Source: the human T2T-CHM13v2.0 reference genome, Homo sapiens
Reading direction: 5' to 3' (one strand)
DNA length: 64,000 bases
Assembly: GCF_009914755.1 (NCBI RefSeq)
Contig: NC_060938.1
The translations under genes and the position numbers were made by a program. Positions 59,105 to 64,000 of the stretch are shown here, piece after piece (the first letter of the stretch is position 1; the number at the start of each line of letters is the position of its first letter). The notes beneath the pieces are model-generated. The model was not told the DNA's origin and made no database searches. It worked only from the letters and a program-made list of their open reading frames with translations.

Positions 59105-59502
59105 TAAGTACATTATGCCAGGCATAATGGCGCCAGGCATAATGGTGAACCGCATAAACACAATCCCCGCCGTCATGGAGCTTCTAGCCTAGCAAATATT
59201 TGTCTCCCATTACACTGTGAGTTCCTTGCAGATGAAGATCAGCTGTACTCCTAGTGCCTGTCACCACCCCGGGCACACAGTGGCCACCTCCCCTATGGGT
59301 GTTCATTCTGACTCTGATGGGTAGAGATGGGTGCTAGAGTGGAGGATGGGGTATAGGCTGAGTATGAGGTAAGTGGAAAGCCTAGAAAAGCCACATTCTG
59401 CCCTCCGTTTTTACAGGACAGCCTACATTTTCCTGTGGTCAGCCCATTCTTAATGGGCGCATCATCTTGGAGCCATGAGGCAAGTTCTGAGACTTGATCT
59501 AA

Positions 59503-59832
<330 letters not shown>

Positions 59833-60028
59833 TGATGCAGCTCTGAAATCTGAGCTCTCCAGTAACTCTGACCAGAAATGCCACTGGCTGCTTTTATGCA
59901 CTGCAGCTTTGGAGGCAGCATTGAAAGGTGTCTAGAGCCGACACCTCTAGACTCATTTATGGCTCATTGGGTGAATGATGGCTGAAAATGGCCTAAGTCC
60001 CTCTAATAAGAATTTGAGTTAAAAAAGA

Positions 60029-60516
60029 AAATCATGCTGCTATAAAGACACATGCACACGTATGTTTATTGCGGCATTATTCACAATAGCAAAGACTTGG
60101 AACCAACCCAAATGTCCAACAATGATAGACTGGATTAAGAAAATGTGGCACATATACACCATGGAATACTATGCAGCCATGAAAAATGGTGAGTTCATGT
60201 CCTTTGTAGGGACATGGATGAAATTGGAAATCATCATTCTCAGTAAACTATCGCAAGAACAAAAAACCAAACACCGCATATTCTCACTCATAGGTGGGAA
60301 TTGAACAATGAGATCACATGGACACAGGAAGGGGAATATCACACTCTGGGGACTGTGGTGGGGTGGGGGGAGGGGGGAGGGATAGCATTGGGAGATATAC
60401 CTAATGCTAGATGACGAGTTAGTGGGTGCAGCGCACCAGCATGGCACATGTATACATATGTAACTAACCTGCACAATGTGCGCATGTACCCTAAAACTTA
60501 AAGTATAATAAAAAAA
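60029..60516 (+). mobile_element. 5'-truncated L1PA2-like element (ORF2 C-terminus + 3' UTR), sense to PRKCH, in intron 11
   Basis: ORF 60062-60304 is the L1 ORF2 C-terminus (...HRIFSLIGGN). The 3' UTR has GAG at 60416-60418 (ACA/ACG in L1HS) and CTTAAAGTAT; AATAAA at 60507-60512. Confidence 0.93.
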
Positions 60517-61008
60517 TATATATATATATGTAAACTTTGCAGTTGCTTTGGGCTTTAGCCCTAAATGAAGACAAAGTGTACGCCATTCATGGCTATTTAT
60601 TTTCCTTTTTGTCTCTACTTAGTGATTTAATTTCAGCGTCATTTAGCAGAACTAAAGAAAGGCTCTTGAATCCTTGAATCCTTCCCGTATGAGTGAGTGA
60701 ACCCAGTCCCCTTTTTTTTCCAGACTGATATATTTCCAGAACCCTTTCTGTTTGGGATCTGCACGAGCCCATCACAGTGGCCCAATCAGGCCATAAATAT
60801 TTGCTCACCTAGATGAGAAGGCACCTCTGAGTTGACCACAGGGAAAACAGACCACTCTGTAGAAATGGAATGAAATACGCTTGCTAGCACAGGAGACTTT
60901 TTAAAAAAAACTTTGATATTTCCTAATGCATCAATTTCCCTAGTTATGAAGAACACATTTGTTAATCTGATGTATGAACCACCTTCTCACGCTGCCCCCT
61001 TTGCACAG

Positions 61009-61197
61009 ATCCTCCAGGAAATGCTGTACGGGCCTGCAGTAGACTGGTGGGCAATGGGCGTGTTGCTCTATGAGATGCTCTGTGGTCACGCGCCTTTTGA
61101 GGCAGAGAATGAAGATGACCTCTTTGAGGCCATACTGAATGATGAGGTGGTCTACCCTACCTGGCTCCATGAAGATGCCACAGGGATCCTAAAATCT
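61009..61197 (+). CDS. PRKCH: PKC eta coding exon (likely exon 12), 189 nt, phase 0/0
   Basis: Branch-like CTCAC 60986-60990, acceptor ccccctttgcacAG, donor TCT|GTAAGT. Translates [63 protein letters not shown]. Confidence 0.97.
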
Positions 61198-63619
61198 GTA
61201 AGTTTGGCTTACCCAGCTAGCTTCTGATGTATTGCAAACCAGCTTGTTTCATGTGCTGCTTGAGTCTTTTCAGTACCTCCCACCAGTAAACCACTAGCTC
61301 TAACTAAAATTTGTATTGTTCTAATCTAAAGAATCAAAGAACCAGAGTTCTGTCAGGCTGTTACCCTCTCTTATGCAATAGACCCTCTCTTATGCAGTAG
61401 TTATTTTGGGGTCAGTTTCAATAGCCCTTGATAACTTTGTTTGCCAAATAGCAAGTATTTCTAGCACTTCGTAACTTTAGTTGAGGGCAGGTGATGTTTC
61501 CCCTTCATACAGTCAGGCCACACCAGAGTTTTGGGTCAAGTAAATGCCATTCCCAGCCTGTTATTATATCAATTGTGTTTCTGTTGGCATCTTCAAGTTG
61601 CAGGATGAAGCGGTCGGGTCTTTCTCTTAGGGCTGGGAGAGGAGAAGGAAGGTTTTCCAAACCTCTGCAGATCTATTTTGCCTCCATGTTATTCTTATGA
61701 AAGCCGGGTGCCACGCCCAGGCTGCAGGTGCAATGTTGTAATGGATCATGTTGAGAAAGTCTTTTCTGTGTGTGCATTTAAGGCACTGTGCTGGATGCCT
61801 TTGAATTGAGGATAAACATGTACTGGACGCCTTTATGTTGAAAATAAAGTACATGTAATTTGGGTCAGTTCTGTAACCACATTAGTTGAGCTCCAAAATC
61901 ATGTATTTTCACCTACTATATGCAGAGGGGTTGTAAAGGCAAATAAAAGATCAGTTTTTCAAGAAGGGATAAATCAGAACAATCTATATTCTGTTGGATA
62001 GTATCTATGGCATAAGAATTACTATCTTTAAGTTATATCCTTTCAGTAATTTGAGACAAAAGCAAAATGTGGGAAATATTTGCTATCTTGTTGAAAGACT
62101 TGTTTCTCTTTAGAAACTTCTAGCCCTATAATCAGTGCCATTTCAGGGACATTTTTTATGTGGGTCACTGTGTACTGGGGCTGAAGGCTTGATTGTCCCT
62201 GAGAATTCTCTACATCGCTAAAAGAGAAATAATCACAGAAATCCTTCTGAGGCAAATATTACCAAAGTGAATCATAACACATAGCTCAATCCTCAAGCTG
62301 AGGTGTCAGTACCCTCCTGAAACTGAGAAAGCACTAATTTCACAGAAATAAAAGCACAGTACTTTGGGATTCTACCAAATATCTCCTATCTAACATGTTT
62401 TTGTAAGAACAGTTCATTTGTTATATTAGTAGAAATTTTAGAGGAAACCATAAATATGGCTTTTATAATTTTATGGAAAAAAAAAGTCACAGAGAAGGGC
62501 TTGTCTTCGTGGATTTGTGCCATGAAGTTTCTTAACTTCCTGAAGGGAAATGTACTCACCTAGGTTGGCTGCAGCCAATTTTGATAACATAAACCATGAT
62601 AACACAGCCTCATCGTGCTGCAGACGGAGGTGTACTTTGCATGATCACTTTCCTACTTCCATGGCCCAGCACCTGGCTTTTTGTAAAAAAGCATGCCAGC
62701 CTTCTGTGGCCTGCAACAGCCACCTTCATCATACTAATGGTTTTCCATGCTCCACATATTTAGTCCAATTACTGTAGCTGATTTAGTAGTTTTAATATTT
62801 AGATGAAGGACCCCACAGTTCATAATTCAAATTAAAATACTGGTTCAAGCCATAAAAAAAATGCCTGTTATCAGCATTGGTGTATAAAGGTCACTAGGCT
62901 TGGTACCATGAAGGGTAGGAAATAAAAGTCAGTCTATGCCTCAATAAATTTTTATATTCTCTAATATAAACACTGGATTAGCAATCCAGATCAGTGTTTC
63001 TCTGATAGATACCCTATGCCTTTTGAATCTAGGTCTAGTAGAAATCTTAAGAGGCCACATCACCATTTGAGTTGGACATTCCTAATTTTTTGTCTTTACA
63101 TTTTTAGAAGTCCTCAACCTCATTCTCGTGTTTCAGAGTCCTCTTGAGAGAATGCTTTCCAACTAAATCTGAAACTAGGTATCATCCCCTTAGCCTAGAA
63201 CCTAGGACAAGTACTAAGCAAGGTTAAGATTCCTATGGAATTTTTAAGACTTGTTTCTTTTTAACCGGGTGAGCTCAGTTACTTCAAGCTATATCTTTTA
63301 TGTAAATATGGATATTTTTGGTAACGAGCAGATACACTGTCCAGTAATAGCCTCATGGTCTTTCCTCCAAGAGGAAACAGCCTCTGGTGCCTAAGGAGAA
63401 TCACATCCAGTGGAGACTGAGTTGTTCTCTCTCCTTGCAGGTTCACTTTTGGGAAGCTACAAGTCCCTTCACTTCTCTTTATTTCAGCTCCTTTCTCATG
63501 CCAGCTGCTCCACTGATGGAGGCAGCAGCTGCGATTGTTACATATCATGCGTCTAGCACTCATTTTCCTAAATAACACTCGACGCTGTCTCTGGGTATCT
63601 TCCACATAGGAAGGAGCAG

Positions 63620-63815
63620 GGGCTCTGGGCTCACAGTGCCGGGCCTGCCTCCCAGTCCTGTTACCTTCTGGCTGAGTGGCCTTGGTGAGCCTCTGTGCCT
63701 CTCTGAATCTCAGTGTCCTTGCTTGTAAAATAGAGGTAATAAAATCCATACCATAGGGTGATTGTCCAGATTATATGAAATAATATAGGTAAACTTCCCG
63801 GGCACATAATAAGCA
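63620..63815 (+). mobile_element. MIR
   Basis: cctctctgaatctcagtgtccttgcttgtaaaatagaggtaata...catagggtgattgt. Confidence 0.8.
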
Positions 63816-64000
63816 TTCTGTTTTTTCCTCCTTCAAGGCATGTACCTTCAATGTAATTTTCTTAAAAACACTTAAATGTTGTCAGATAAAATTACTAAAA
63901 AAAAAAAAAATCACTAAGAGGATTTCTGGGATTTTTTTTTTTTTGTGTGCATTTTACTCTCCATGCCTAAAAACAAGAAGCTTAAATGGTATAGATGAAA

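Noticed and set aside
60062-60304. 80-aa ORF with real protein similarity
   Set aside because: It is the C-terminus of L1 ORF2 in a truncated element, not a host gene.

Overview
Primate (almost certainly human) genomic DNA from inside the PRKCH (protein kinase C eta) gene, transcribed on the + strand. Three coding exons of the kinase domain are present (16103-16257, 59679-59817, 61009-61197; exons 10-12 by my recollection of the reference numbering). All have canonical AG/GT boundaries and splice in frame. The first two are separated by a 43.4-kb phase-2 intron that splits the Arg codon of the YRDLK catalytic loop. The rest is intronic: about 22 Alu elements or fragments (two nested pairs), young and old L1 3' ends, L2, MIR, MaLR solo LTRs, hAT DNA-transposon relics and microsatellites. 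I see no CpG island, RNA gene or second protein-coding gene, and almost all ORFs in the track are repeat-derived or chance ORFs. I found no wholly new gene system. The best leads are: several candidate cryptic exons (an in-frame 108-nt Alu cassette that would insert 36 aa into the catalytic loop, poison exons, an alternative last exon); complementary (TG)n/(CA)n tracts upstream of exon 11; an old mosaic local duplication at 1.7-2.1 kb versus 4.0/6.1 kb; and motif-dense candidate enhancers and CTCF sites. All are sequence-based hypotheses. Pseudo-exons and TF motifs are common by chance in long introns, and boundaries of old repeats are approximate.
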